NCBI GenBank assembly: GCA_964553665.1
Contig: CAZKLF010000002.1
Location: forward strand, 5,100 to 69,099
Direction: 5' to 3'
DNA from: an uncultured Mariniplasma sp.
GTDB lineage: Bacteria > Bacillota_I > Bacilli_A > Acholeplasmatales > Acholeplasmataceae
Length of the DNA: 64,000 bases
The position numbers and the translations under genes were made by a program. Below, one piece after another: positions 19,601 through 29,257 of this stretch. The notes under the pieces are model-generated. The model ran no database searches and was not told the origin of the DNA. It saw only the letters and a list, made by a program, of their open reading frames with translations. Position 1 is the stretch's first letter, and each line of letters starts with the position of its first letter.

Positions 19601-20101
19601 ATGAACAGTCGATCAAAAATAACAAGCGAAAAACTTGGACTTTTTGAAATTCAAATTCAAAAAAACAAGCAACTTCCAGGACCACTAATGCCAACATTGC
19701 ATGATGCACAGCATATATTTGGTTATATTCCGATTTCAGTTCAAAAAATTATTGCAAAGGAATTAAATGTAAGTGTTGCTAAAATTAACGGTGTTGTAAC
19801 ATTTTACAGCAATTTTTCAGTTACACCTAAAGGAAGAAAATCCATTGGTGTATGTTTAGGTACTGCATGTTACGTCAGAGGTTCACAAACTATTATGGAT
19901 ACCCTAGAAGAAGATTTAGGTATCAAAGCTGGCGAAACAACTAAAGATGGTGAAATCACCTTATGCGCAACAAGATGTATTGGCGCATGTGGCTTAGCAC
20001 CTGTTTTTTCTATTGATGATCGTATTTTTGGAAATGCGACCATTTCAAAAGCAAAACAAATTATAAAAGATATGAAGGCAGAAGACAATGAAACTAAGTG
20101 A
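19601..20101 (+). CDS. hydC: [FeFe]-hydrogenase subunit HydC/NuoE-like ([2Fe-2S])
   Basis: VCLGTACYVRG ... RCIGACGLAP four-Cys motif. Confidence 0.92.
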   Translation: MNSRSKITSEKLGLFEIQIQKNKQLPGPLMPTLHDAQHIFGYIPISVQKIIAKELNVSVAKINGVVTFYSNFSVTPKGRKSIGVCLGTACYVRGSQTIMDTLEEDLGIKAGETTKDGEITLCATRCIGACGLAPVFSIDDRIFGNATISKAKQIIKDMKAEDNETK

Positions 20102-20471
20102 TATTATTCAAAAATACGACTTTAAGGTTTTTACACCCTTGTTGTTAAAGGAAAAAGAAATAACCTACGGTTTTTGTTCCGATTTGATGAGTGATGCTTT
20201 AATGATTTTAAATTCAGTTAAGAACCAGCGTATTTTAGATGAATCCATATTAATTACTGGATTAGCAACAAATCAATCCATTAGAACAGCAGAAATGTTA
20301 GATGTTGAAGTTGTTTTAATAGTTAGAGGGAAAGTCGTTTCACAAAAAGTAATTGATCTAGCTATAGAATCTAATATTATATTGATTGGTACCAATCTTA
20401 CGATGTTTAATACAAGTGGGAAGTTATTTGCAGATGGTATCAAGGGGATTTGTTACAACGAACAATGGTAG
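20088..20471 (+). CDS. DRTGG-domain protein
   Basis: GFCSDLMSDAL, ILITGL, IRTAEMLD, VRGK pattern; overlaps both neighbours. Confidence 0.8.
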   Translation: MKLSDIIQKYDFKVFTPLLLKEKEITYGFCSDLMSDALMILNSVKNQRILDESILITGLATNQSIRTAEMLDVEVVLIVRGKVVSQKVIDLAIESNIILIGTNLTMFNTSGKLFADGIKGICYNEQW

Positions 20472-20899
20472 AAAGAGAATATCAAATTATCGCACGTAAC
20501 TATGATTTAGCTGGAAGAGCATCAAGTAATATTAAACGGACATTAAAAGCATTATCATTAGATAATTATCTTATAAAAAAGGTTTGTTCGGCTTCATATG
20601 AAGCTGAGATTAATGTTGTTATACATTCTGTCGGTGGATATGCTTTATTTAATATGGATGAAGAAAAAATAGTTTTAGATTTTTATGATGATGGACCTGG
20701 GATTTTTGATATCGAATTAGCAATGGAAGAGGGATTTTCAACTGCTAATGAACTTGATCATGCAAATGGTTTTGGTGCTGGAATGGGTTTATTAAATATT
20801 AAACGTTCCGCAGATATTATGGAATTGACATCAGAACCTGATGAAACTCATATGAAACTTACCTTTTATTTAAAGGAGAGCCCAAATGACTTGTTATGA
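20465..20899 (+). CDS. RsbT/anti-sigma-like Ser/Thr kinase (GHKL ATPase)
   Basis: YEAEINVVIHS, DDGPGI, EGFSTA, GFGAGMGL. Confidence 0.85.
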   Translation: MVEREYQIIARNYDLAGRASSNIKRTLKALSLDNYLIKKVCSASYEAEINVVIHSVGGYALFNMDEEKIVLDFYDDGPGIFDIELAMEEGFSTANELDHANGFGAGMGLLNIKRSADIMELTSEPDETHMKLTFYLKESPNDLL

Positions 20900-21218
20900 C
20901 ATCCTTAATAGCCAATATCAATTATTGACAGCTGAATCTACTCAAATGAATTTATACAACGGCATATATACGACAGATCTATTAAGTGCAGCAATAAAAA
21001 GCTCAAAATCTGGAAATATATTGGTAACAATTATTTCTCATGGAAATACTGTAGCAACTGCAATGATGATTGATCTACCAATCATAATCATTTCTGAGTC
21101 TAGAAAAGTAGACCAAGAAATGATTGATAAAGCAAATGAATCAGGTATTGCTATTATATCAACACCTCTTTACACATATGAAGTCGTTATTGATTTAAAT
21201 AATAGAGGGTTGCTATGA
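20886..21218 (+). CDS. Second DRTGG-like protein
   Basis: GIYTTDLLS, NILVT, VATAMMIDLPIIII, KANESGIAIIST pattern. Confidence 0.7.
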   Translation: MTCYDILNSQYQLLTAESTQMNLYNGIYTTDLLSAAIKSSKSGNILVTIISHGNTVATAMMIDLPIIIISESRKVDQEMIDKANESGIAIISTPLYTYEVVIDLNNRGLL

Positions 21219-21916
21219 TTTATTACTATGACATACATATCCATTCGGTTCTATCAGCAGGTGCTGATGATTTAATGACACCAAATAATATATTTAACAT
21301 GGCTAATCTTAAAGAACTAAATATCATTGCTATTACTGATCACAACAGTATGAAGCAACTTCAAATATGTCAAGAAATATCAGAAAGTTATGATATGCTT
21401 TTCATTCCTGGAGTTGAAATATCGGTAAAAGATGGATTCCATGTTTTATGTTACTTTAAAAAAATAGAAGATGCTTTGAAATTTGATCAAACATTAGAAA
21501 AATATATGGATAAAATGATATATGATCACGAATATTATGGTGAACAACAAATTGTGGACATCGATGATCAAGTTGTTGAATTATATCCTTACTTTCTTTC
21601 ACCAAATCTTTCATTGAAGTTGAATGAATTAAAATTGGAATTAGAATTATACGATCATTTATTATTTTATGCACATATCAATCGAAAAGCGAATAGTGGA
21701 ATATCATATTACACACTTGATGCACTAGATGGTGTTGAACTCACAATGAATGCAAACTCAAAGTTTGCTATAAAACACCAATTAAAACAAGATAGAATAA
21801 TCTATAATTCTGATGCTCATCAAATCGTTGATATTTTAGAAAAAACAAACAAAAATCAAATCGAATTAGATGAATTATCAATAGATGCATTCTTCAGGTA
21901 TTTCACTCATGGATGA
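21215..21916 (+). CDS. PHP-family metallophosphoesterase
   Basis: DIHIHS, ITDHN, PGVEI, HVLCY, NSDAH. Confidence 0.9.
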   Translation: MIYYYDIHIHSVLSAGADDLMTPNNIFNMANLKELNIIAITDHNSMKQLQICQEISESYDMLFIPGVEISVKDGFHVLCYFKKIEDALKFDQTLEKYMDKMIYDHEYYGEQQIVDIDDQVVELYPYFLSPNLSLKLNELKLELELYDHLLFYAHINRKANSGISYYTLDALDGVELTMNANSKFAIKHQLKQDRIIYNSDAHQIVDILEKTNKNQIELDELSIDAFFRYFTHG

Positions 21917-22442
21917 TCTTAGTTTATATTTACAGGATATCATCCAAAATTCGATTACTGCAAAATCTTCAGTAATAGAGTGTATTATCAGCGAAGATCA
22001 AAATATCATGATTACCATCATTGATAATGGTATTGGAATGGCTCAAGAAGAGTTAAAAAAAGCAATAACACCATTTTATACAACAAGAACAACAAGGAAA
22101 GTTGGATTAGGATTGCCAATGATTCAAATGCTTGCTGAACAAACAGAAGGACATTTCGAAATCCAATCTAAAAAGAATGAAGGCACAAAACTGATGATTA
22201 CACTTAAACATCATCATATTGATATGCCTCCAATTGGTAATCTTGGAGAAATGGTTTACATGATAAGCATTCATCAAGATGTCGAAGAATTTATATTTAC
22301 ATATGAATTTAAACAAAAACAATATCAATTTGTACTATCAGAAATTAAAGAAGTATTAGGACCTACTATTGGTCAATATTCAATGATGAAAGCAATCATT
22401 GATATGGTTAACAAAGAAATTGAAAATATACGAGGTGTATGA
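21909..22442 (+). CDS. Histidine-kinase-like ATPase (HATPase_c only)
   Basis: QDIIQNS, DNGIGM, PFYTTRTTRKVGLGLP; no HisKA domain. Confidence 0.85.
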   Translation: MDDLSLYLQDIIQNSITAKSSVIECIISEDQNIMITIIDNGIGMAQEELKKAITPFYTTRTTRKVGLGLPMIQMLAEQTEGHFEIQSKKNEGTKLMITLKHHHIDMPPIGNLGEMVYMISIHQDVEEFIFTYEFKQKQYQFVLSEIKEVLGPTIGQYSMMKAIIDMVNKEIENIRGV

Positions 22443-22810
22443 TGAAATCACTAGAAGAACTAAAAAAATTGAGAGATGAATCTCTTAAAAAAATGACAAT
22501 GCGTTATGTCAAAGATGGCTTCCGTATCCAAGTCGGTATGGGAACTTGCGGTATAGCTTCAGGCGCACGACCAATTTTGGCAACTTTTTTAGAAGAAGTT
22601 GAAAAAAATGATTTGGGTAATGTAAGTGTTACTCAGGTTGGATGTATGGGTGAATGTGCTTATGAACCAATGGCTGAACTCATTGATGAACAAGGACAAT
22701 CATTTGTTTATTGTAATTTGACAGAGGCAACAGCAAGAGAAGTTATTTTAAGACATGTAATGAATCATGAGCCCATTTCAAAATTGTTATTAACAACAAA
22801 GAAAGGTTAG
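22439..22810 (+). CDS. hydD: Thioredoxin-like [2Fe-2S] ferredoxin subunit (HydD/HndB)
   Basis: VGMGTCGIASGA ... QVGCMGECAYEP. Confidence 0.88.
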   Translation: MMKSLEELKKLRDESLKKMTMRYVKDGFRIQVGMGTCGIASGARPILATFLEEVEKNDLGNVSVTQVGCMGECAYEPMAELIDEQGQSFVYCNLTEATAREVILRHVMNHEPISKLLLTTKKG

Positions 22811-22819
22811 GAGAAAATC

Positions 22820-24631
22820 ATGCTAGAAAGAAATCAAGTATTAATATGCGGTGGAACTGGGTGCATGAGCTCTAACTCAAAAGAAATCAAGGCTGAATTC
22901 GAAAAACAACTCACATCATTTGATTTGACTAGTGAAGTAGGACTTGTACTTACAGGATGCTTTGGATTATGCGAAAAAGGACCAATCATCGTTGTTTATC
23001 CAGAAGAAACCTTTTATACACATGTAAAAGTTGAAGATGTTAAAGACATATGCTCAGAACATCTACTCAAAGGAAGACCTGTCGAACGTCTTATGATTAA
23101 AGATCCTATCGATAAGAAAAAGATTAAAAATATGAGTCAACTCAAGTTTTATGCAAAACAAAAGAGAATTGTTTTGAGAAACTGTGGCAATATCAATCCA
23201 TTAGACATCAATGAATATATTGCAAAAGACGGATATCAAGCACTCGCTGATGTTTTAACATCTTATACACCTCAACAAGCTATTGATGAAGTGACTAAAT
23301 CAGGTTTAAAAGGTCGTGGTGGTGGAGGATTCTCCACAGGTAAAAAATGGCAATTCGCAAAAAATTCAGAATCTGATCAAAAATATGTTATTTGCAATGC
23401 TGATGAAGGCGATCCAGGTGCATTTATGGATCGTGCAGTATTAGAAGGCGATCCACATTCAATCTTAGAAGCAATGGCCATTTGTGGCTATGCAATTGGC
23501 GCGAATCAAGGGTATATATATGTACGCGCAGAATATCCTGTTGCGGTAGAACGTTTGAATAATGCAATTAAACAAGCACGTGAATATAATCTATTAGGAG
23601 ACCATCTATTTGATACAGACTTTAGTTTTGATATAGATATTAGACTGGGTGCTGGTGCATTTGTATGTGGGGAAGAAACCGCATTAATCGCATCAATTGA
23701 AGGTTATCGCGGGATGCCTAGGTTAAAACCTCCATTTCCAGCAATCAAAGGTCTTTGGGGAAAACCTACAAACGTCAATAACGTTGAAACATTCGCTAAT
23801 ATTCCGGTTATCTTTTTAAAAGGTGCTGATTGGTTTAAATCAATTGGAACTGAAAATTCAAGTGGAACAAAAGTCTTTGCTTTAGGTGGAAAGATTAATA
23901 ACACAGGTTTGGTTGAAGTTCCAATGGGAACAACACTTCGCGAAGTTATATTTGATATTGGTGGAGGTATTCCTAACAAACGTAGATTTAAAGCTGTTCA
24001 AACAGGTGGACCATCAGGTGGATGTATCACTGAAAAGGATTTAGATACGCCAATTGACTTTGAGAATCTTAAAAATCTAGGATCGATGATGGGTTCTGGT
24101 GGAATGATTGTAATGGATGAAGATAATTGTATGGTCGATGTTGCACGTTTCTATCTTGATTTTACGGTTGACGAATCATGTGGAAAATGCACACCTTGTC
24201 GTGAAGGAACCAAACAGATGCGTGATATTTTAAATCGCATATGTGAAGGACAAGGAACGTTAATAGATTTAGATGCATTGGAAGTTCTTGCACATATGAT
24301 TCAAAAAACTTCGTTATGTGGATTAGGTCAAACTGCACCTAACCCTGTCTTATCTACGCTTAAACATTTTAGAGAAGAATATATTGCGCATGTTGTTGAT
24401 AAGGCTTGTCCTGCAGGCGTATGCCGTGAGTTAACAAATTTCGTTATTGAAGATAATTGTATTGGTTGCACAATATGTGCTAGAAATTGCCCAGTTAACG
24501 CAATTTCAGGTTGGCCAAAACAAATACACAGAATAGACTTAGAACTTTGTATCGGTTGTGGAGCATGTAAAAAAACATGTCCTGTTGGCGCAATTTCAAG
24601 TCAACCTATGAATCAGGAGACAAGCTTATGA
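22820..24631 (+). CDS. hydB: NADH/FMN-binding hydrogenase subunit HydB (NuoF-like)
   Basis: GRGGGGF, CNADEGDPGAFMDR, GAGAFVCGEETAL, GGPSGG, CGKCTPCREG, two C-terminal CxxCxxCxxxCP. Confidence 0.95.
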   Translation: MLERNQVLICGGTGCMSSNSKEIKAEFEKQLTSFDLTSEVGLVLTGCFGLCEKGPIIVVYPEETFYTHVKVEDVKDICSEHLLKGRPVERLMIKDPIDKKKIKNMSQLKFYAKQKRIVLRNCGNINPLDINEYIAKDGYQALADVLTSYTPQQAIDEVTKSGLKGRGGGGFSTGKKWQFAKNSESDQKYVICNADEGDPGAFMDRAVLEGDPHSILEAMAICGYAIGANQGYIYVRAEYPVAVERLNNAIKQAREYNLLGDHLFDTDFSFDIDIRLGAGAFVCGEETALIASIEGYRGMPRLKPPFPAIKGLWGKPTNVNNVETFANIPVIFLKGADWFKSIGTENSSGTKVFALGGKINNTGLVEVPMGTTLREVIFDIGGGIPNKRRFKAVQTGGPSGGCITEKDLDTPIDFENLKNLGSMMGSGGMIVMDEDNCMVDVARFYLDFTVDESCGKCTPCREGTKQMRDILNRICEGQGTLIDLDALEVLAHMIQKTSLCGLGQTAPNPVLSTLKHFREEYIAHVVDKACPAGVCRELTNFVIEDNCIGCTICARNCPVNAISGWPKQIHRIDLELCIGCGACKKTCPVGAISSQPMNQETSL

Positions 24632-26388
24632 ACAAGCAAGTACACGTAACAATAAATGGTCAATGCTACACAGCTAATTCTGATCAATCAATCTTAAAAG
24701 TAGCAGAAGAAAATGATATTTTTATCCCTAGATTATGCTTTTTAGAAGGCATACATGAAGAAGGTAATTGTCGACTATGCTCTGTTAGAGTCAATGGACA
24801 AGAAAACTTAAAACCTGCATGCCGGACTCAAGTTGAAGATGGCATGAATATCATCACAGACGATCTGGAAATCTATCGTTCAGTTTCAACAAATTTAGAG
24901 TTATTATCTCACAAACATCGCTTTGAATGTTTTACTTGTTCAAGAGAAGATAATTGCGAGTTTCTAGATTTACTGAGAAGATATTCAGTTGAAAACGATT
25001 TAAATCATATGTATGGTCTTTATGATAAGCCTCTTTATTTTTCTGATTCTTCAGGTGTTATGGTTATCGATAGCAGCAAGTGCATTTTATGTGGACGTTG
25101 CGTATCAGCATGCGAACAATTAACTGGATTAAGTATTCTTGGGTTTAATGGTAGAGGATCTGATACGTATATTGGACCAGCTCTTTTCCATAACTTAGAA
25201 GATTCTGGATGTATTTATTGCGGTAAATGTATTCAAGCATGTCCAACTGGAGCATTAGGTGAAAAAGATGATGTTAAGAGTCTAGAATACGCACTTAGAG
25301 ATTCAAGTAAAACAATCATTGTTCAGGTCGCTCCATCAGTTAGAGCTGCTTTAGGTGAAGAATTTGGATATCCTATAGGAACCAACGTTGAAGGCCAAAT
25401 GTTTGCTGCACTTAGAGCATTAGGTATTCATCAAATTATGGATACCAATTTTACGGCAGATTTAACGATCCTTGAAGAAGGTACTGAATTTATAAATCGC
25501 CTTGAAAATGGTGGACCATTTCCAATGTTTACATCATGTTCACCAGGTTGGGTGAATTATTTAGAACTTTACAATTCTGAGCTCATTCCAAATTTATCAT
25601 CATGTAAATCACCACAACAAATGGCTGGAGCGCTTATAAAAACTTATTATGCAAAAGAATTGAGTTTGGATCCTAAAAATATTGTTTCTCTATCAATCAT
25701 GCCTTGCATCGCTAAAAAAGAGGAAGCAAGAAGAGAAGATATGGGTAGAGATGGATATCAAGATGTTGATATTGTCTTGACAACAAGAGAATTTGCAAGA
25801 TTAATTAAACATAAACAAATAGAATTTAGAAAGTTAGAACCAATTAAACCATTTGGTGCATTGGCAGTATATACGGGTGCTGGTAATATTTTTGGAGCAA
25901 CTGGTGGTGTTATGGAAGCTGCATTACGAACTGTTACAGAAATCCTAGAAGAAAAATCAACACCAATAGAATTCAAAGAACTTCGTGGTAATCAAGATAT
26001 TAAGGAAGCTACGTATAATGTTAAAGGCACAGATATCAATGTTGCTGTTGTGCATGGTGGGAAAGCTATTAAGACATTCTTAGACAATCTTAAAACAAGT
26101 GAAAAACAATATCATTTTGTTGAATTTATGGGATGTACTGGTGGATGTATTAATGGCGGAGGACAACCTATTGTTCCTGCAAAATTATTTGAAGCAAATG
26201 ATGTTAGAACACTAAGAGCATCAGTTCTTTATGGCATAGATGATAAAGCAACACTAAGGAAATCTCATCAAAATCCATCAGTTGTTAAATTGTATGAAAC
26301 ATTTTTAGGTAAGCCTAGTAGTCATTTATCACATGAACTACTTCATACACATTATCAAAAACGCGAAAGTTATAGTAAAATAAAATAG
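24628..26388 (+). CDS. hydA: [FeFe]-hydrogenase catalytic subunit HydA (group A3-like)
   Basis: N-terminal [2Fe-2S], His-ligated and 2x[4Fe-4S] motifs; H-cluster motifs TSCSPGW, MPCIAKKEE, EFMGCTGGCINGGGQP; ATGA overlap with hydB. Confidence 0.95.
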   Translation: MNKQVHVTINGQCYTANSDQSILKVAEENDIFIPRLCFLEGIHEEGNCRLCSVRVNGQENLKPACRTQVEDGMNIITDDLEIYRSVSTNLELLSHKHRFECFTCSREDNCEFLDLLRRYSVENDLNHMYGLYDKPLYFSDSSGVMVIDSSKCILCGRCVSACEQLTGLSILGFNGRGSDTYIGPALFHNLEDSGCIYCGKCIQACPTGALGEKDDVKSLEYALRDSSKTIIVQVAPSVRAALGEEFGYPIGTNVEGQMFAALRALGIHQIMDTNFTADLTILEEGTEFINRLENGGPFPMFTSCSPGWVNYLELYNSELIPNLSSCKSPQQMAGALIKTYYAKELSLDPKNIVSLSIMPCIAKKEEARREDMGRDGYQDVDIVLTTREFARLIKHKQIEFRKLEPIKPFGALAVYTGAGNIFGATGGVMEAALRTVTEILEEKSTPIEFKELRGNQDIKEATYNVKGTDINVAVVHGGKAIKTFLDNLKTSEKQYHFVEFMGCTGGCINGGGQPIVPAKLFEANDVRTLRASVLYGIDDKATLRKSHQNPSVVKLYETFLGKPSSHLSHELLHTHYQKRESYSKIK

Positions 26389-26423
26389 AAAGTCTAGTAT
26401 AGACTTGTTTTGAAAGGACAGCT

Positions 26424-27326
26424 ATGAAAAAATTGCTTATTTTAATGATTTTATCAGTATTTATACTAACAGGATGTTCAAAAACTGATCAAATCTCAAT
26501 AATAGTACCATTTGGTGGACCAGAGATTGCAGTACTTTATTTAGAAGCTAGTGAAGATTATAGTGTTGATGTCATACAAGGACCAGATCCACTGGTTGCT
26601 GCATTTGGTTCAAGAAACTATGATGCAATCTTTGCAGGATCGAATCTTGGCGCTAAAATGTATAATTCACAACCTGAATATATATTGCTTGCAACAATTG
26701 TTTGGGGTAGTACATTTCTTGTGTCAACCACCGAACTAACAAATATGGAAAGCTTAGAAGGTAAAGAAATCATAGCGTTTGGTCAAAACTCTACACTAGA
26801 TATTATATTAAAATATTTATTAGATGAGTTCGATGTGAATGCGACAATTACATACGTTGATTCAGTGGCGTCAGCTTCTGCAATTTTCATAGAAGATCCA
26901 ACAAAAATTGTTTTAACTTCAGAACCCATCTTAACAAATCTTAAAAATACTGTTTCTGATATCAATATTTTAGATTTCCAAGTTCTATATGAACAAGTCT
27001 CAAGTACAAGTTCATATCCACAAGCAAGTGTCTTTATTAAAGCTGACTTAGAACAGTCTAAAATTGATAAACTGATCAGCGATTTAAGAGCATCAGTTGG
27101 AAAAGTTAACTCAGATAAAGAAGGCACTGCTAATTTAGCAGTAGAGTTAAATATCGGGTTATCTTATGATGTAGTATATAATTCAATACCAACAAATAAC
27201 TTTGAATATCTTTCCGCTCAAGAAGCTAAAACAGCGCTTGTAGATTATTTTAATTTGTTAGCAAATACCAATGATGCTTTAATTGGTGGCATGTTACCTG
27301 ATGATGGGTTTTATTACGGAGAATAA
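26424..27326 (+). CDS. ABC transporter substrate-binding lipoprotein (SsuA/NMT1-like)
   Basis: Lipobox LTGC at Cys18; LEGKEIIAFGQNSTLDIIL; followed by permease. Confidence 0.8.
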   Translation: MKKLLILMILSVFILTGCSKTDQISIIVPFGGPEIAVLYLEASEDYSVDVIQGPDPLVAAFGSRNYDAIFAGSNLGAKMYNSQPEYILLATIVWGSTFLVSTTELTNMESLEGKEIIAFGQNSTLDIILKYLLDEFDVNATITYVDSVASASAIFIEDPTKIVLTSEPILTNLKNTVSDINILDFQVLYEQVSSTSSYPQASVFIKADLEQSKIDKLISDLRASVGKVNSDKEGTANLAVELNIGLSYDVVYNSIPTNNFEYLSAQEAKTALVDYFNLLANTNDALIGGMLPDDGFYYGE

Positions 27327-27328
27327 GA

Positions 27329-28063
27329 ATGAAAAAAACGATTTGGATGACAAGCTCAATCTTTACGATGTTTCTCATCTGGGTGATTGCTTATCAAGCA
27401 GTTAATCATCCAATCATTTTACCTTCCCCAATTGATGTTTTTAAAGCAATCATTGAAATTTTCACTCATCAGGATACTTTAAGTGCATTTGGATTAACTA
27501 TTGTTAGATTATTGTTGGCTATATTGATTTCCGCAGTCTTAGGTATCACTTTAGGTATCTTATCTGGATTTAAAAAGAATGTAGCAACATTCATGAAGCC
27601 ATATGTAACCATTTTAAGAACGATTCCAGTGATTTCTATTGTTGTTATCTTATTGATTCTATTTGGTTATGAGTACACTCCATATTTGATTACATTTTTA
27701 ATGGTTTTTCCGATTATTTATTCAGGTGTTTTAGAAGGTATTCATCAATTAGATCAAGAGTTGCTTGATGTCTACAAATTAGAACAACATGACTGGAAAC
27801 TTGCTCTAAAATTCATATATTTTCCTATGATTAGTAAATATATCTTCTTGTCTTTCCTTCAATCGTTCGGATTAGGTATCAAGGTATTGGTAATGGCTGA
27901 GTATTTATCTCAAAGTAAGCACTCAATTGGGAACGCAATATATTTAGCAAAGGTCAACATTGAATATGATTTAGTTTTTGCTTGGACAATTATTTTGATT
28001 TTAATGGCATTTTTAATAGAATACATTATACAAAACTATCAGAAGAAAAAACTGGCTAATTAA
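27329..28063 (+). CDS. ABC transporter permease (SsuC/TauC-like)
   Basis: ILPSPIDV, LRTIPVIS, EAA-like loop, SIGNAIY. Confidence 0.9.
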   Translation: MKKTIWMTSSIFTMFLIWVIAYQAVNHPIILPSPIDVFKAIIEIFTHQDTLSAFGLTIVRLLLAILISAVLGITLGILSGFKKNVATFMKPYVTILRTIPVISIVVILLILFGYEYTPYLITFLMVFPIIYSGVLEGIHQLDQELLDVYKLEQHDWKLALKFIYFPMISKYIFLSFLQSFGLGIKVLVMAEYLSQSKHSIGNAIYLAKVNIEYDLVFAWTIILILMAFLIEYIIQNYQKKKLAN

Positions 28064-28179
28064 TCATAGTGTTTTGTTATTCTTTAGGCGCGCATAAAAA
28101 CCAATAAATTATTAATTATTTAGAATTTTATATTTTTGAATAAGTTAGAGGAAATAATAAGGATTTGCATACGTTTTGG

Positions 28180-28208
28180 TTGATATTTTTTGAGCCATCG
28201 TGTATAAT
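28180..28208 (+). promoter_or_regulatory. Sigma-A promoter with no downstream ORF
   Basis: TTGATA (28180-85)-17 bp-TATAAT (28203-08). Confidence 0.7.
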
Positions 28209-28212
28209 AATA

Positions 28213-28298
28213 GTGTTTCTCCTACCCTTTAGTAGGTGAGACCCGTGAATTAGTCCTAATGTCTACATCCCCCCCCAAGACATTAGGACCTTTTTTAT
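28213..28298 (+). ncRNA. Candidate small RNA (about 85 nt) with two hairpins and C-rich loops
   Basis: Promoter upstream; hairpin with CCCTTT at its apex; 12-bp stem GTCCTAATGTCT/AGACATTAGGAC with ACATCCCCCCCCA loop then T run; no ORF. Confidence 0.6.
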
Positions 28299-28364
28299 TT
28301 TTTTACTAAAAAAAGATAAAAATGATTAATCTCATTTCTATCTTTTTTATTTATTTAGAGTTGA

Positions 28365-29159
28365 TTATTTTGTTTTGCTAGCAAATCGGATAAAATCTAC
28401 AAATACTTTTTTCCATGCCGATTCATCGTGAATATCATCAGTTTCAATATAGAGAACATCTAGGACTTGTTTAGATTTGAGCAAGGACAGAAGATTTCTG
28501 CTATTTTCAAGATATATTTCATTGAATTCTCTTATAGAGGCATCGCTAGTTTCATGACTTCCAATTGAAATGAAGAATTTTTGATTAATATCTATATTTG
28601 AAGATTCTAAGAATTCTAAAAATGCATCTTCATTAAACCATGATGCTATTGAGAAAATACCAACATAGTGAAATAGATTAGGATATTTGATGGCTATATA
28701 TGCAGAAATATAAGCTCCCATTGAACTACCGGCAATCATTGAATGCTCATAATCAGGCATCGTTCTATAGGTGTTATCAATAAACGGTTTGACCTTATTA
28801 ACAACGAAATCAGCGTATATATCTCCTAATCCACCAACTTCAATATTAGAAATATTCTTTACGATAGATGATGATTTCCAAGGTGAGTACTCAAAAAGTC
28901 TTAAATCAGAGTTGTCAATACCCACTACAATGAGGTCCTGAATTGCTTTCTTTTCAACAAGATCTGAAATTGTTTTTGAAATTCCCCATGACTGACTAGA
29001 ATAAGAAGTTTTATCATCAAATAAGTTTTGTCCATCGTGCATATATAAAACCGGATATTTTCGAGAAGAAGTAACGTAATCTTCAGGTAAGAGAATTCTA
29101 ATTTTTCTTTGACTCTGGGTCGTATCAATGAATAGAGATTTTATTTCAGTAGTTTTCAT
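28365..29159 (-). CDS. Alpha/beta hydrolase (putative esterase)
   Basis: YPVLYMHDGQN, GSSMGA nucleophile elbow, HDESAW. Confidence 0.9.
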   Translation of the reverse strand: MKTTEIKSLFIDTTQSQRKIRILLPEDYVTSSRKYPVLYMHDGQNLFDDKTSYSSQSWGISKTISDLVEKKAIQDLIVVGIDNSDLRLFEYSPWKSSSIVKNISNIEVGGLGDIYADFVVNKVKPFIDNTYRTMPDYEHSMIAGSSMGAYISAYIAIKYPNLFHYVGIFSIASWFNEDAFLEFLESSNIDINQKFFISIGSHETSDASIREFNEIYLENSRNLLSLLKSKQVLDVLYIETDDIHDESAWKKVFVDFIRFASKTK

Positions 29160-29257
29160 GCAATCCCTTCCTTTGTTTTCATTTTATCATAAAGCAAATT
29201 AAGTAGTCTTCATTTTATGAAATATGTTAAAATAGAGTTAGATTGTAGGAGGTCTTT

